Positions 1 through 11,599 of a DNA stretch of 64,000 nt are shown here, in pieces (within the stretch, counting starts at the first letter, position 1; every line of letters begins with the position of its first letter). Under the pieces are notes generated by a model, which saw nothing but the letters and a program-made list of their open reading frames with translations, had not been told where the DNA came from and did not search any database. The DNA is from Tubiluchus corallicola (Eukaryota; Animalia; Priapulida), in the NCBI GenBank assembly GCA_030141605.1, contig JAQGDQ010000031.1:124001-188000 (forward strand). The letters run 5' to 3'. The position numbers and the translations under genes were made by a program.

Positions 1-681
1 CAGTTAATGGGTGAACTTGCTTGTTATATAAGATTAATCGTTTCCTAATTTCAATAACAGTTAGTGTAGTGTAAGAATATTCTGGTGCTTGTAATTGCTG
101 TGCATTGAGCTTCTTGGCCTGAAAGATCTAAGTGTTTTTGTCATGTAATGCATTGCTTGCTAATTACTTCTGTCATCATTTGCTTACTAATGCCAGCAGC
201 TTAAATTCCTGCTATCATGTTAATGTTATAAGTAAAGGGTGAGATGCTTGATGTCAGTTTAATTCAATTCAGTAATGTACAAGCATGCTGAAGTTCTGGG
301 TTGGTGTCCTAAAAAAGGGAAAAGAATTTCAGATCTTCCAGTTTACTTTTCTGCTGATTCTTACTTTAAAACTGTTATAATTACATAACTAGCAACTGTA
401 GTAAGCACTTCTGTTTAAGACATGCTGCATAATTCAATAGATATTTCTATTCGGTAAAGTAGTTTATCAATTGAGATAATCTAACTAGCAACCATGTGAC
501 TACTAATTGGTGTGGGGTGCAACATACTATATTTATATAACACTAGATATGTAAATGACACTTACATTATTGTAAAAACCTACCTAAATGCTTTGCGTAA
601 TTAAGCCGACATTTTTTGTATGATCATATAATCATATCTCTGTATTTTTGGTTTTGGTACTTGCATGGTAATAAATAGTCT

Positions 682-786
682 TATGTTATAATGTTATGTT
701 ATGTTATGCCATGTTATGCTACATTATATAATGTTATGTCATGTGTTGTGTCATGTCATGTCGTGTCATGTCATTTCATGTCATGT
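682..786. repeat. (ATGTT)n/(ATGTC)n pentanucleotide microsatellite
   Basis: Read directly: ttatgttatgttatg...tcatgtcatgtc. Confidence 0.85.
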
Positions 787-888
787 TGTTATTTATATAT
801 TATGAAGCAGTATATAAAAAGTTGCAGACCCTAATTTTACAAGCTGTGTATTATGGGATCAAAATAATATTGAAGAATGTTGTTTCAG

Positions 889-1031
889 GTATGAAGGCAC
901 GGGAAGATCACTTTCCCTGAAGCTCATACAGCAAATGAAGCAACAGACGTCAACATTAGGTGCAACAGCTGAGGGTAATGCCATGATTCGGGCAGGGAAA
1001 AAATCAGACTCTCTAGTTTCCGCTTCAGGCA
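889..1031 (+). CDS. NAT10: NAT10 internal exon (first in window), helicase-domain motif
   Basis: tttcag acceptor and A|gtaagt donor; encodes (G)YEGTGRSLSLKLIQQMKQQ...SASG, the conserved NAT10/Kre33 GYEGTGRSLSLKL motif; phase fits the next exon. Confidence 0.95.
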
Positions 1032-1531
1032 GTAAGTACCCGGGTAACATTACAGATGACAAGGCAATGATGCATTTTTATCTGTTATAGTGTGCCTGGG
1101 TTATTATGATGTTCTTTATTATTATCATTACCTCTTTTCTCAAATTATTTTCGATAGCATTTGTTTCTGTTTGTGTATGTAGTGCACAGTATTTTGTCAA
1201 ATTCAAGTCTGTTTATCGTAACCAACTCATTGTTTAAAATCTAGGCACTCAAACAGTACTAACTGAGAATAATGTAATTTATGCATATAAAATTAATGTT
1301 GAAATGCAATTTGTTAATCAACTAATTAATGACATTATTAAGTTATTAGTACCTTCCATTTTTAATGAGTCACTAGCTTCCAAATGTGGCAAATAAAGGA
1401 AGCAATGAAGTTTTCTTTGTATTTCGTTTCCATGCCAACTGCAAGAGCTAATATAGCCTAAGAGTGAAGAATCCATATCATTAACAAAATGTAGTTAATT
1501 GTTTTTAGTAAAACTACAATTTGTTATTCAG

Positions 1532-1779
1532 GTCGAGTTCTGCATGAAATTGAACTGGTTGAATCGATTCGGTACAAGCCAGGCGACGAAGTTGAGAAGT
1601 GGCTAAATGAGCTGCTCTGTCTAAATGTTAACAATGTTGAGCGTATATCTTCTGGTTGTCCGGTACCGGAAAACTGCGATCTGTACTATATAAATCGCGA
1701 TTCTCTCTTCAGTTACCACAAAGCCTCGGAGACGTTCCTCCAGCGTCTCATGTCAATTTATGTGTCATCACATTACAAG
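1532..1779 (+). CDS. NAT10: NAT10 internal exon
   Basis: ttcag / AAG|gtcagt; RVLHEIELVESIRYKPGDEVEKWLNELLCL...LYYINRDSLFSYHKASETFLQRLMSIYVSSHYK. Confidence 0.97.
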
Positions 1780-1812
1780 GTCAGTGTGCAATGCTCATGA
1801 CAAGTGCAGTTC

Positions 1813-2107
1813 TAGTTTAGTTTAGTTTTAGTTTATTAGACACCAAATAAAAAATAAACAACATACATTAAATATATGTACACGCATATACATCATATAA
1901 AAACATGCAATGCACATTAAAATATGTACACACATAAAAACAACATAGTAATAGGGAAGACCCAAAAAGCAAATGCTTATTACATGTTACATGTGCCTTT
2001 TCAGGTACTAAGAAAGTATTTAGATCAACATAATTTAATCGCCATTTAAAAAGATTTGCATTTCGAGCTTTTACAATTTCTGGTATGCAACACATTTGGT
2101 TTATCAT
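1813..2107 (-). mobile_element. 3' fragment of an L2/CR1-clade LINE
   Basis: Minus-strand peptide IPEIVKARNANLFKWRL resembles the ORF2 C-terminus (LPxxIVxAxSxxxFKxxL); ataagc..gctttttg 3'UTR motif; AATAAA and a (CTAAA)n tail. Confidence 0.55.
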
Positions 2108-2555
2108 TTATTGTACTATGAGGTGGATGGTTCAGTAGTTAAGGTATCATACTTGGCTAATAAAGTTAAGAATGGTGCTGAGGGTGGTTAGTAAGTGGAA
2201 GGTGAACCGCTTCAATTCTTATTCTGGAACCTGCTGTGGATCTCAGCTTCAACAATTGTTGTTTTTATTTTTACCACTTTTTGAGTAAACAAAGAACACT
2301 TAACAAAACATTTACAGTGACAGCTGTAGTCACAAATAAAATTAAGTGAGTGTCTCAATTGCAATTTAACTAGCCTTTTGGGCAGTTAGGCGTATTTCAA
2401 TGTTTGCGAAAAGTTTTAGAAGGATTTAGTAATAAAAGTGGGATAAGCTCCTCGTGTAACTAGTAAAAATCACTTTAATTAGTGACCACTTCACACCTGG
2501 ACGGTCACGCTTGGGTTTGAATGTCCATTCCTCTTACAACATTATTTAGCGATTG

Positions 2556-2870
2556 AAGAAAAGTAGCGCACTTTCAATTTCCATCGAAAGTATAATAGAT
2601 TTTACAAAAAATTGGGTAGTTAGTTTTGTGACATTTTTGCATAAACATTAGGTAAGTCTGAATTAATTTAAGCAGCATGCACTTGGGCTTTTGTGTCAAA
2701 GTTTCAAGTGAATGGTGGCAACCATCACACCTGAGGATTTCTGTAGTGCATATAAATTAATTTTATGCTCTACAGACAATTTTTTGCAAGATTGTTCATT
2801 ATGTTTTTCTAAGTTTAGGTGATAGCAGTAAAATAAACCCAACATGCTAAGTAACTTTCCTTTCTTTTAA
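2556..2870. repeat. Dispersed repeat A, copy 1 (copy 2 at 23431-23787)
   Basis: Shared blocks gaagaaaagtRgcgcact, ttttgtgacattt, caagtgaatggYggcaacca and gtaaaataaacccaacatgctaagt. Confidence 0.85.
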
Positions 2871-3127
2871 CTCTAACTTGTATCCTAGATAAGAAAACAC
2901 CCACAAATTCCTTAAATACTCGTGGTTAACTTTCGTCATAATGGAGGTCAGAGGTCGCTAAGTGGTCATCCTTCAAAAGCAAAGTTTTAGTGGTATAGTT
3001 GGTACTGAATCAGTAGACATTTCCTATTTTTGTTTGTTTGATGTAAGGAAAATAGCTTCAGATTGTCGCAAACTTCTTGTCTGTACAGTGCATAAATCTT
3101 TGTCACTTTCTGTTTGTTTGTTTTTAG

Positions 3128-3244
3128 AACACGCCCAATGATTTGCAGATGTTATCAGATGCACCAGCACATCATCTTTTCTGCCTGTTGGGTCCCGTTA
3201 ATCCTACCCAGAATTCCCTACCAGAAGTTTTATGTGTGCTACAG
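3128..3244 (+). CDS. NAT10: NAT10 internal exon
   Basis: ttttag / CAG|gtaaga; NTPNDLQMLSDAPAHHLFCLLGPVNPTQNSLPEVLCVLQ. Confidence 0.97.
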
Positions 3245-3335
3245 GTAAGATGTAGATATCTTAAGTTGTGAACATTTGGCATAAGAATGCTTATTGTTCA
3301 ACGTTCAACAAGTATTACGGTTTATAATATATTTG

Positions 3336-3380
3336 CAGGGTCGGATTATTACCTTTTGGGGCCCCTAGGCTAATGAAATT
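3336..3380 (-). mobile_element. Terminal fragment of the CAGGGC-ended hAT-like MITE family
   Basis: cagggtcggattat..ttttggggcccctag matches the reverse complement of the right end of the 33707-34182 element. Confidence 0.65.
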
Positions 3381-3401
3381 ACTACACCCCTTCAGATGGA
3401 G

Positions 3402-3940
3402 ACACCTACCTACTTTGCGTTATAATGGCGTTGTCATACCTCTCCACCTACCTACCTCTTATATAGATATCGATATCACACCGATGTAGTTGTTTTGTAC
3501 ATTTCATTCTTTTTCCTCCCTTGAAGCAACATTACTTGTGTTAATTAATGGGAAACCATCAGTGGATTCTACTGGCATATTGATTATCAGTTAGATGATG
3601 ATTTCCACTTACACGAGGCAGTTTTGTATGAAACTATAGACTGTTAATAGTAGGCAGTGTGCAAATTCACAATTAGCGTGCATCTGGGGAAAGCTATAGT
3701 GTATTATTTTTTGGCTGTGGTGGCGATTGAGGAAGTTTATCACAAACAAACACATCAAATCGAGATTTCATGGTGGAATAGACAAAAATCAGTGGAAAAT
3801 GGCTGCGCCCTTTTAGCGTCATCTGCTGCTGGTACGCACGTGTGAAAAAAGCGTGAAATCAGATAATGATATCATGACTAAATCACCTACCTACCTTGCA
3901 TTATAATAGCATTATCACGTCTCTTGCCACCTACCTAACT
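3402..3940. repeat. About 55-bp direct repeat pair (3402-3456 and 3884-3938), probably inside a transposon
   Basis: cacctacctacYttgcRttataatRgcRttRtca...ccacctaccta occurs twice. Confidence 0.7.
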
Positions 3941-4131
3941 GGCATATTACTGTATTATAAAAAATTTCATGCAGATCCGTTGAAAGTTAGATAAGTTAAT
4001 GTAGCCATTTTCACAAACATGTAAGAATGTAATCATGTTGATATTGTGTTAGTTCCATGATTTATTTTAATGTGAATGTTATCTTGCTGTCTAATGCAGT
4101 ATTGTAAAATATAATGCAACTGTTTCTTTAG

Positions 4132-4308
4132 GTGTGCCTGGAAGGCGAGATCTCAAAGGCATCAGTTATGAGCACACTATCCCGTGGAAGACGTGCTGCA
4201 GGTGATCTCATTCCCTGGACAATTTCACAGCAGTTCCAGGATCACGATTTTCCCGGCCTGTCTGGAGGACGTGTCGTACGAATAGCCACCCATCCGGATT
4301 ATCAGGGG
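4132..4308 (+). CDS. NAT10: NAT10 internal exon, GNAT acetyltransferase domain
   Basis: ctttag / GGG|gtaagt; VCLEGEISK...GDLIPWTISQQFQDHDFPGLSGGRVVRIATHPDYQG. Confidence 0.97.
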
Positions 4309-5005
4309 GTAAGTCAGTAACACCCTTTTCTTGATTGTAAATTGTAAAGTGAACTGTTTATTATTGTTGTGGATAAATACAGTTTAAGTAATTAACACCC
4401 TGATCGTACATTTTGTTCCACATACATTATTGCCAAAATAGAACTCTGATGTTAGTATTAAGCTTGGTGCGCCTGTAACAAATTAATATTTCACTTATTA
4501 AAGCAATACCCGGTTTTGTTCATAATCAATTTTGCATGCCTGTGTGTCTAAAATTGTAGTTGTGCTAATAGATTGCATAAATACACAAATGAAAAGTAAT
4601 TCCACACTCTTTCTTGCACAGAACAGTGTATAGAACCAGTGGCATCGCTGATAGGGAGCAAGGGGAGCAACTGCTTCTTCGAGCAGAGTTTTCAAAATTG
4701 GTGCCTTTTCAACAATTTTTTTTAAACTTTTTAGTTCACTTGTGCCATAAAAGTCGAATCTTTTTTATTTTTTTAATCACATGGCCTCGGAAGAATTTTC
4801 TTGACTAACTTTCTTGGCCATTATAACTTTTTTGACATCAAATTAAACAAAAAATACACCAGATTTACTGCAACAAGCATAGTATATTTATTTATTTACA
4901 CAGTATGATTCAAAGCATGGTTTATTTATTTATTTACACAGTATGATTCATAATAATTTATTTTGCAAATGAATTCTGTCCTGTTAATTGTCTTGATGAT
5001 TTCAG

Positions 5006-5131
5006 ATGGGCTATGGCAAGCGAGCACTTTTCTTGCTACAGCAGTATTACGAGGGAAAAGTAATGAGTTTAGACGAAAATGATGAATCCAAGGATGAACC
5101 TTCCCCTGCTGGTGCCGATAATGACGACAAT
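5006..5131 (+). CDS. NAT10: NAT10 internal exon completing the acetyl-CoA motif QGMGYG
   Basis: ttcag acceptor; MGYGKRALFLLQQYYEGKVMSLDENDESKDE...DNDDN. The donor AAT|gtacat is weak; an in-phase alternative AAA|gtaatg lies at 5059/5060. Confidence 0.88.
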
Positions 5132-5471
5132 GTACATTTTCTTGTCTTTAAACTTGCATAATTATAACAACTAAATTAAGTTAAGGCATAATAATGTTAT
5201 ATATTCATTATTATTATTATTAATTTACATTATTAGCTTCTAACTGTTGAATATTTTAAATTTTGTTTATTAATCTGTTGGTGTCAACAGTCATAATTTA
5301 TCAAATGCCAATTAATCCATATTAGTGCAGTGTGCTTGAAATTATTTAATTTTAGACTTTGTTTCAGTTTTATAACCTTGCATAACTATGTCAGGCAAGG
5401 TTTCGTTATCTGTGTAGCCTTGTGAATTGTCCACTTTGCCATACAGGCACTAAGTATTAATAATTTATTGT

Positions 5472-6180
5472 GGCACATTCAGACTTGCAAGTTTTCTTTC
5501 CAAGTTAACTTGTGAAGTAACTTACAAGCTTGTTCATTAGTGTCGGAGAATTTGCAAGTTCTTGCCGACAGTAACTCGCAAAGCTGTTAATTAGTGTTTG
5601 AGAGATTGCAGTTTCTTGCAGACAGTAACTCGCAAAGCTGTTAATTAGTGTCTGAGAGCTTGCAATTTCTTGTCAACAGTAACTCGCAAAGCTGTTAATT
5701 AGTGTTTGAGAGATTGCAGTGTCTTGCCAACTATAACTCGCAAAGCTGTTAATTAATGTTGGAGAGTTTGCAATTTCTTGCCAACTATAACTCGCAAAGC
5801 TGTTAATTAATGTTGGAGAGTTTGCAATTTCTTGCCAACTATAACTCGCAAAGCTGTTAATTAATGTTTGAGAGTTTGCAATTTCTTGCCAACTATAACT
5901 CGCAAAGCTGTTAATTAATGTTTGAGAGTTTGCAATTTCTTGCCAACTATAACTGGCCCAGCTGTTAATTAATGTTGGAGAGTTTGCAATTTCTTGCCAA
6001 CTATAACTCGCAAAGCTGTTAATTAATGTTGGAGAGATTGCAATTTCTTGTCAACAGTAACTTGCAAAGCTGTTAATTAGTGTCGGAGAGTGTCAGTAAC
6101 CCGAAAAGCTGTTCACACTTGTGAGTTTGCTTTCACAGACAAAAACTCACGATAGAAAACTAGCTAAGTCTGAACACGTC
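5472..6180. mobile_element. TIR element (PIF/Harbinger-like MITE) enclosing a 54-bp minisatellite
   Basis: Left ggcacattcagacttgcaagttttct versus reverse complement of right end gacgtgttcagacttagctagttttct. Confidence 0.65.
5519..6110. repeat. 54-bp minisatellite, about 10-11 copies
   Basis: Unit ataactcgcaaagctgttaattaatgttggagagtttgcaatttcttgccaact; period confirmed at 5731 and 5785. Confidence 0.95.
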
Positions 6181-6234
6181 ATTATAATTCTCACTCTCAG
6201 TTCAGTTTCACTTATTGTTACTTTCTTGTTTTAG

Positions 6235-6368
6235 CCTGTAGGATTGTTGTCTGAAACACTAGGACCAAGAAAAAACTTGCCACCATTGTTATCAAAGTTG
6301 AGCGAGAGAGCAGCAGAGCATCTGAATTATCTTGGTGTTAGTTACGGTCTTACGGGTCAATTACTCAG
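6235..6368 (+). CDS. NAT10: NAT10 internal exon
   Basis: ttttag / AG|gtaata; PVGLLSETLGPRKNLPPLLSKLSERAAEHLNYLGVSYGLTGQLLR. Confidence 0.95.
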
Positions 6369-7566
6369 GTAATAACGAGATTTTCTCTTCAGGTCCAATA
6401 AATAATCTCAAACAGGTGCACTATCTAAAACCTATCTCTGCATTTTTTTAAAGCAAGAAAGCTAACATTTAGAAAAAGTAGTTGAGTATTTCAAAAAAAT
6501 TTGGTGTTAGTTTTTTACTAAGACACCATAGTTTTTAATTTCATGTTGCAGTCACATCTCAATATTGTTATTTGTGTTAATAGCACTGAAACCAACTGAG
6601 CTCTCCATTTTAAATTTTAACTTTTTATATAGTTAAGAAAACTTGTAACAGCTTTACAATGTTAATTTGTTTGAGTTTTTGGCAGTTTAATATGCAGCCA
6701 GATAGGTCAGTAGTTGAATAACAGGTGTTTAAGTAGAATTACAGGTGTTCAAGTAGAATAATTACAAGAGTTAAACATGCTCAGCAGTCGAGTTATCATG
6801 GGAACTAAAAACAACAGAAAAAGAAAAAACAAACCAGCATCCATTGTGACACTTCACAGCTCTCACAAGTTTCAGTAACAGAAGTGAATATTGAAGTGAA
6901 AAACATCAAAATAAGGATGAATACAAGGCCGGCTCTACCACTAGGCAAACTAGCCAGTTACTTAAGACGCCAAATTTTGGGGGGTTCCAAATTCTGCGAG
7001 AAATTGTTTATTTTTTATGTTTGGCATAAGTAATAATGTAATGTATGTGTAATTGCTTAAGCTCACAATACCAGTTAAATGAGAGAAATTCGTAGTTGAG
7101 TTATTTTCTTGTCAAAACGTATGATTCATGCATGCTAACATTCTTTCTTCTTTCAGCAAAACACTATCTGTAACACTCATCTGCTTTTGCCTTACCTGGC
7201 TTCCTAAGATTACGTGATTTCATGCAGACATTACTGACCTTGCCTGCTTTTGCCCACAGTTTATATTGTATGCATAGAGCAGCAGAGAAACTAACAAAAA
7301 GGTTTAGCTGTAGTTAATTAGAACACCTTAATACATGTATAGGCCTAACAAACGATTACCATTTTACTTTATTACGTACCTCAAAAGATTTTTAATGTTA
7401 ATTATAATTATATAAAAACAAATTCAGAAGCTCTTTTGATTGACAATGAACCTATGGACAAGAACAGTGTTTCACAACTATATTTGATGATTATTGTATG
7501 ATGACGGTATTGGACTACATTGTTGCTTCTGCTTCCGCAGCTCATTTATTTTCCTACCTTTTACAG

Positions 7567-7709
7567 ATTCTGGAAGAAAGCTGGTTACGTACCTGTTTAC
7601 CTGAGACAGACGGCTAATGAACTTACAGGTGAACATTCCTGCATCATGCTGAAAATTCTACACGAGGAAGAGTTGATGGAAGACAATTGGCTTCGTGCTT
7701 TTTCTGCAG
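7567..7709 (+). CDS. NAT10: NAT10 internal exon
   Basis: ttacag / G|gtgagg; FWKKAGYVPVYLRQTANELTGEHSCIMLK...WLRAFSA. Confidence 0.97.
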
Positions 7710-8475
7710 GTGAGGGATTCTTTAGGAATTTCATCCAACAACATTTAGGTTTGCCTGTCATTACTGTGAAATAATGTGGTTTTTTTGCTTGTTTTGCTCA
7801 CAATTTTTGCTTAAGAATATGATCATGTGGAAAAAGGTTTGACTTGATGAAGTATCTCAATATACTACATTTCTCATGGAGATGATTGATAGAATGCTTT
7901 AGGTTTTGACACCTCTAACTGACATGTTTAACTGTGCAGGACATTACAAAGTCTGTACAGGATTGTTTGTTGTAGAAAAGAAGCAGTGACTCATTTATTA
8001 CAATACACTAAAGTAATTATTGTGGGACTAGGAGAACTTAATAAATGACTGCTGGCCTTTCTATTCAATTTTTCACTTAGCCAGTTAATGTGCTTGTAAG
8101 CTAATATCTCATCGCAGACTTGCACAAAAATAAAACACGTCTAGCAGTGGTAAAATATAAATGTGCAAAGAAGGAATTTAGTCAAAATAAGTAATTATCT
8201 CTCAATAGCAGTTATGAATGATTGTTGTTGTTGAGGACTTTTTTGTCAAACTGATATTCCTAAAATTAGAAGATCTCAGACACGTAAAAACATGATAGGT
8301 GACACAGTTGTGAAGATACCTTGTTGTTCTCTTATGCTAGTTGTTTATCAGTTATTTTGTTTACCTGTCACATCAAGTAAACAAAAAAAATATGAATCTT
8401 AACAACTCTTTATTCATGTGTTTATTCAGTTGCACTTTTGTAGCTGTTTATTGTAAGACAATTAACACATTGCAG

Positions 8476-8583
8476 ATTTCAAGCGCCGCTTTCTTTCTTT
8501 GTTGTCCTATCAGTTCAGCAAATTCACAGCAAATGTTGCTCTTAGCATTCTAGTCGACAAAAATCACCAAAAGGTAACAAAAG
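8476..8583 (+). CDS. NAT10: NAT10 internal exon
   Basis: tgcag / G|gtaagt; DFKRRFLSLLSYQFSKFTANVALSILVDKNHQKVTK. Confidence 0.95.
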
Positions 8584-8849
8584 GTAAGTAAATGATGCAT
8601 AATTAGTGTCATTGTTAATTTATTTAATTAATTAATTGATATTCCTTAGTTATAAAAGTTAAAACAATTTAAATGTTTTTTTCAAAATTATTTGCTTCTG
8701 CCAAACAAGTTGATCAGACTGCTTGTTCTTCTGCTCTTAGAGGGTTTACTGTACTTACAGGAATGGCTTCATCTGGGGTGTGTGCTGCTCTTTTTGTTAA
8801 CGTACATACGGGACATGCTCCATTGCTGAGGCTGAAAGGGCATTACTCT

Positions 8850-9200
8850 AGAAGTACCCCTTAATCATTGTAAAACTTTCGCAGATCTTTTTCTGTAGCA
8901 GGTCCCAGAGAATGGAACAAACTCCCACTTGATTTATGTTAATTTTGATGTGTTAAACAAAAACTCAAGACTTGTCTGTTCAATTTATCCTTTTCGAACA
9001 AAGTCTGTTGTACAATTTTGTGTTGCGTCTACATTGTACAGCATCTAGTTTAAATTCACTGGGTTTAATATGGTCTGTTTAAATTTTAACTATGATGCTG
9101 ATTCTGTTATTACGTGCCATAAGAATACTAGTTTTAATAAATGAATACTAGTTTTAATAAATGACACAATACAAATTTGTGTAATAATAATAATAATAAT
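8850..9200 (+). mobile_element. 3' fragment of an L2-clade LINE
   Basis: 8883 onward reads RSFSVAGPREWNKLPLDL, then KLKTCLF, matching the L2 ORF2 end (RAFSVAAPxLWNxLP...KLKTHLF); ends in (TAA)n. Confidence 0.8.
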
Positions 9201-9436
9201 TAGACTGCAGCTTGTCAAAAAGAGCAATCTCTGAAACAAGAACTAGTTCCTTATCTGTTGTCCTAAAGATGCAAGCTATGTGTTTGTCCATGATTGCTTC
9301 TTTACCATGCCTATATAGTTACTACACAATTACTGATTGGTGCCATTTAACTTTTTTAAGGAACTATGTGAGTGCACTGAATGAAATTCTAATGTCAGTT
9401 TTAAGATTATAACCTTATAGTGTTTGTGTTTTTTAG

Positions 9437-9606
9437 CAATGGACAAAGCTGAATTAGATCAACACTTTACTAAATATGACATGAAGAGGCTTGAACTTTA
9501 CTCGCAGAATCTGGTTGACTATCACCTCATCATGGACTTGCTGCCTGAGATTTCTCGACTTTACTTTCTCAATAAGCTTGACGTGTCACTCAGCGCACTG
9601 CAACAG
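9437..9606 (+). CDS. NAT10: NAT10 internal exon, C-terminal RNA-binding region
   Basis: ttttag / CAG|gtgtgt; FTKYDMKRLELYSQNLVDYHLIMDLLPEISRLYF...LSALQQ. Confidence 0.96.
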
Positions 9607-10056
9607 GTGTGTTTTTGTACTCGGTCATCATTTTGCGCAAATGTAGTCGGTTTGTGATTCATTGGTTGCTTAAATTGTTATGAAGGAGTTAATGCCACGC
9701 TGAGGGTTTCATTATTTTACTCTTTTTTACCCCTTTACATGCAACACTCAAAATCGTTGAAATTTCAAGCTCAAATTTTTTTACATTGTAGCTCTCAATT
9801 TCAGTGAGACCTGGTACTTACAACTTGAGCTGCAAGGACTGCATTTGTGTTAGCGAAAATTTATAAAAACAACTTTGTCCGGTTCTTTTGCAAATAATTC
9901 TTTTCAGTTGAAAAAAGGTTTTTTTGTTGATGCAGCAAGGTCTTACCACAACTACAACTGTTGGGTGGCCATTTTGGATAACAAATGTTCCTAAATTATT
10001 GTTGTTCTTGTGTTAATCCTGTTGTAGTTCATAAATTATATAATTTTATGCAAGAC

Positions 10057-10372
10057 TAGAGATGTTTAATGATACACATTTGGTGACACGACAATTATAC
10101 GATACAATACTTTCTTCTAATGCTTACAGGAAGAAAGAACAAGAGATTATCAAACACCTTATAAATAATTCTTTTTTAAATTATTTATTGCATAATTCAG
10201 TGCTTAAATGAAAAAACAGAGTGAAATGATTTTATAATTGAGCAATATGCAGTGATATGCATAAATTTGATACGATAATGATATTCCTAGAATAATATCG
10301 TTAGTATAACGATAAAAGGTAATTTTGATATGATAATTATCGATATGTATCGTTATCGTTAACATCAAAGTA
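10057..10372. mobile_element. Degenerate hAT-like MITE
   Basis: tagagatgtttaatgatac ... gtatcgttatcgttaacatc termini; many cgata/tatcg subterminal motifs. Confidence 0.45.
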
Positions 10373-10533
10373 GGACCAGAAAAGTAATGTTTAAGTAAGT
10401 TTAATTAGTTGTTGGCTTATTAATATACCAGCTGAATTTGGATGATCATGACATTAACTATACTGAGCGGATAGCTTAGGCTTGCTAGTCAGAATAAATT
10501 TGTTAACTTCTCGGCATGTTTTTACTGTTTCAG

Positions 10534-10653
10534 GCACTTCTGCTTGGGCTGGGCTTACAGCATAAATCTGTAGACGATTTAGAAAAGGAGTTTGACCTTC
10601 CAGCATCTCAGCTGCTCGCTGTTTTTAACCGTGTCATTCGCAAGGTTGTTCAG
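10534..10653 (+). CDS. NAT10: NAT10 internal exon
   Basis: tttcag / CAG|gtacta; ALLLGLGLQHKSVDDLEKEFDLPASQLLAVFNRVIRKVVQ. Confidence 0.96.
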
Positions 10654-11500
10654 GTACTATAAAAGTTTGCTGATGTCGCTGATAGCTTTCACCTGTAAAT
10701 TAAAAGTATCAAGTTTCATGTTTATTTCATTGTGAATCAAGACAGTTAGTTGAGTGATGTGCTGTGACTTTCATAACACAAATTATCACATACTAAGAAG
10801 ATTTTAGTATGAATTTGCTAACATGGCTAGTTTTAAGCCAATTGGACAGATTTGTTCAAATTGGTCCCTGCGCACATTCGAGTGGAGTACGCTATGACAT
10901 ACTAATGAGCGTCCGGTTTGCACGAAACTTCTTAATACTGTGAAGGCGGTGAAACTATTCAGTCAGTCCTCATATATCTATTTTTCAATGTTTTTTGCTC
11001 ACCATTTGTTTATTTGTTTTGCAATTTCGGTTTATAGTTGCCATTTACCTTCTTAAAAATAACGTAATTAGCCAGCTCTATATAAATTAGTTAGAGGGTC
11101 AATGGATTTTAATTTTATTAGTTTGTGGACGATATTCAATCGCTCAACACAGAAAGAGTGTTAATGAGATTATATAACATAAAGCTTGCAATATAAAGTC
11201 GTGTTGTTTATTAAATATGTCCGAAGTATTTATGCTGTTCTGCAGCATTTATGGGATAGACCCCACAAACAATTCTCTAATTAGCCCCACACTGGGCTGC
11301 CTTTGTTTGCTAAGTCGACAAGATCGCAAAGAAAAATGTCGAAACACAGGCATTGTTTGTTTGTTTCATTTTCTGTAAATGCAAGTCAGCTTGATTTCTA
11401 ATTTAACTGTTAAAAGCTTTTAACTACACTTAGATACTCTTCTAATGATTAGAAAGTACTCTTCTACGGCAACCTGTAACTTTAACTCTTTGTTTTGCAG

Positions 11501-11599
11501 CACCTTAATGGTATAGCTGAATTGGCTGTAGAAAAGCAGTTGGCAGTTGTGCAAGAAGTGCACATGGAGCCTGTTAAGACCACAATGGCTGCTGAGTTG
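11501..11599 (+). CDS. NAT10: NAT10 internal exon
   Basis: ttgcag / TTG|gtaagc; HLNGIAELAVEKQLAVVQEVHMEPVKTTMAAEL; phase 0-0 fits both neighbours. Confidence 0.9.

Noticed and set aside
2120-2250. tRNA-like A box (tggttcagtagttaagg), and similar heads near 12690 and 44260
   Set aside because: No cloverleaf or intact A/B box pair; at most heavily decayed SINE heads.
5519-6110. 54-bp array as a CRISPR array
   Set aside because: Head-to-tail units without unique spacers, inside a eukaryotic intron, and no cas genes.
8574-8583. Tandem donor AAG|gtaaca 10 nt upstream of the true NAT10 donor
   Set aside because: Wrong phase; it would frameshift the conserved downstream exon.
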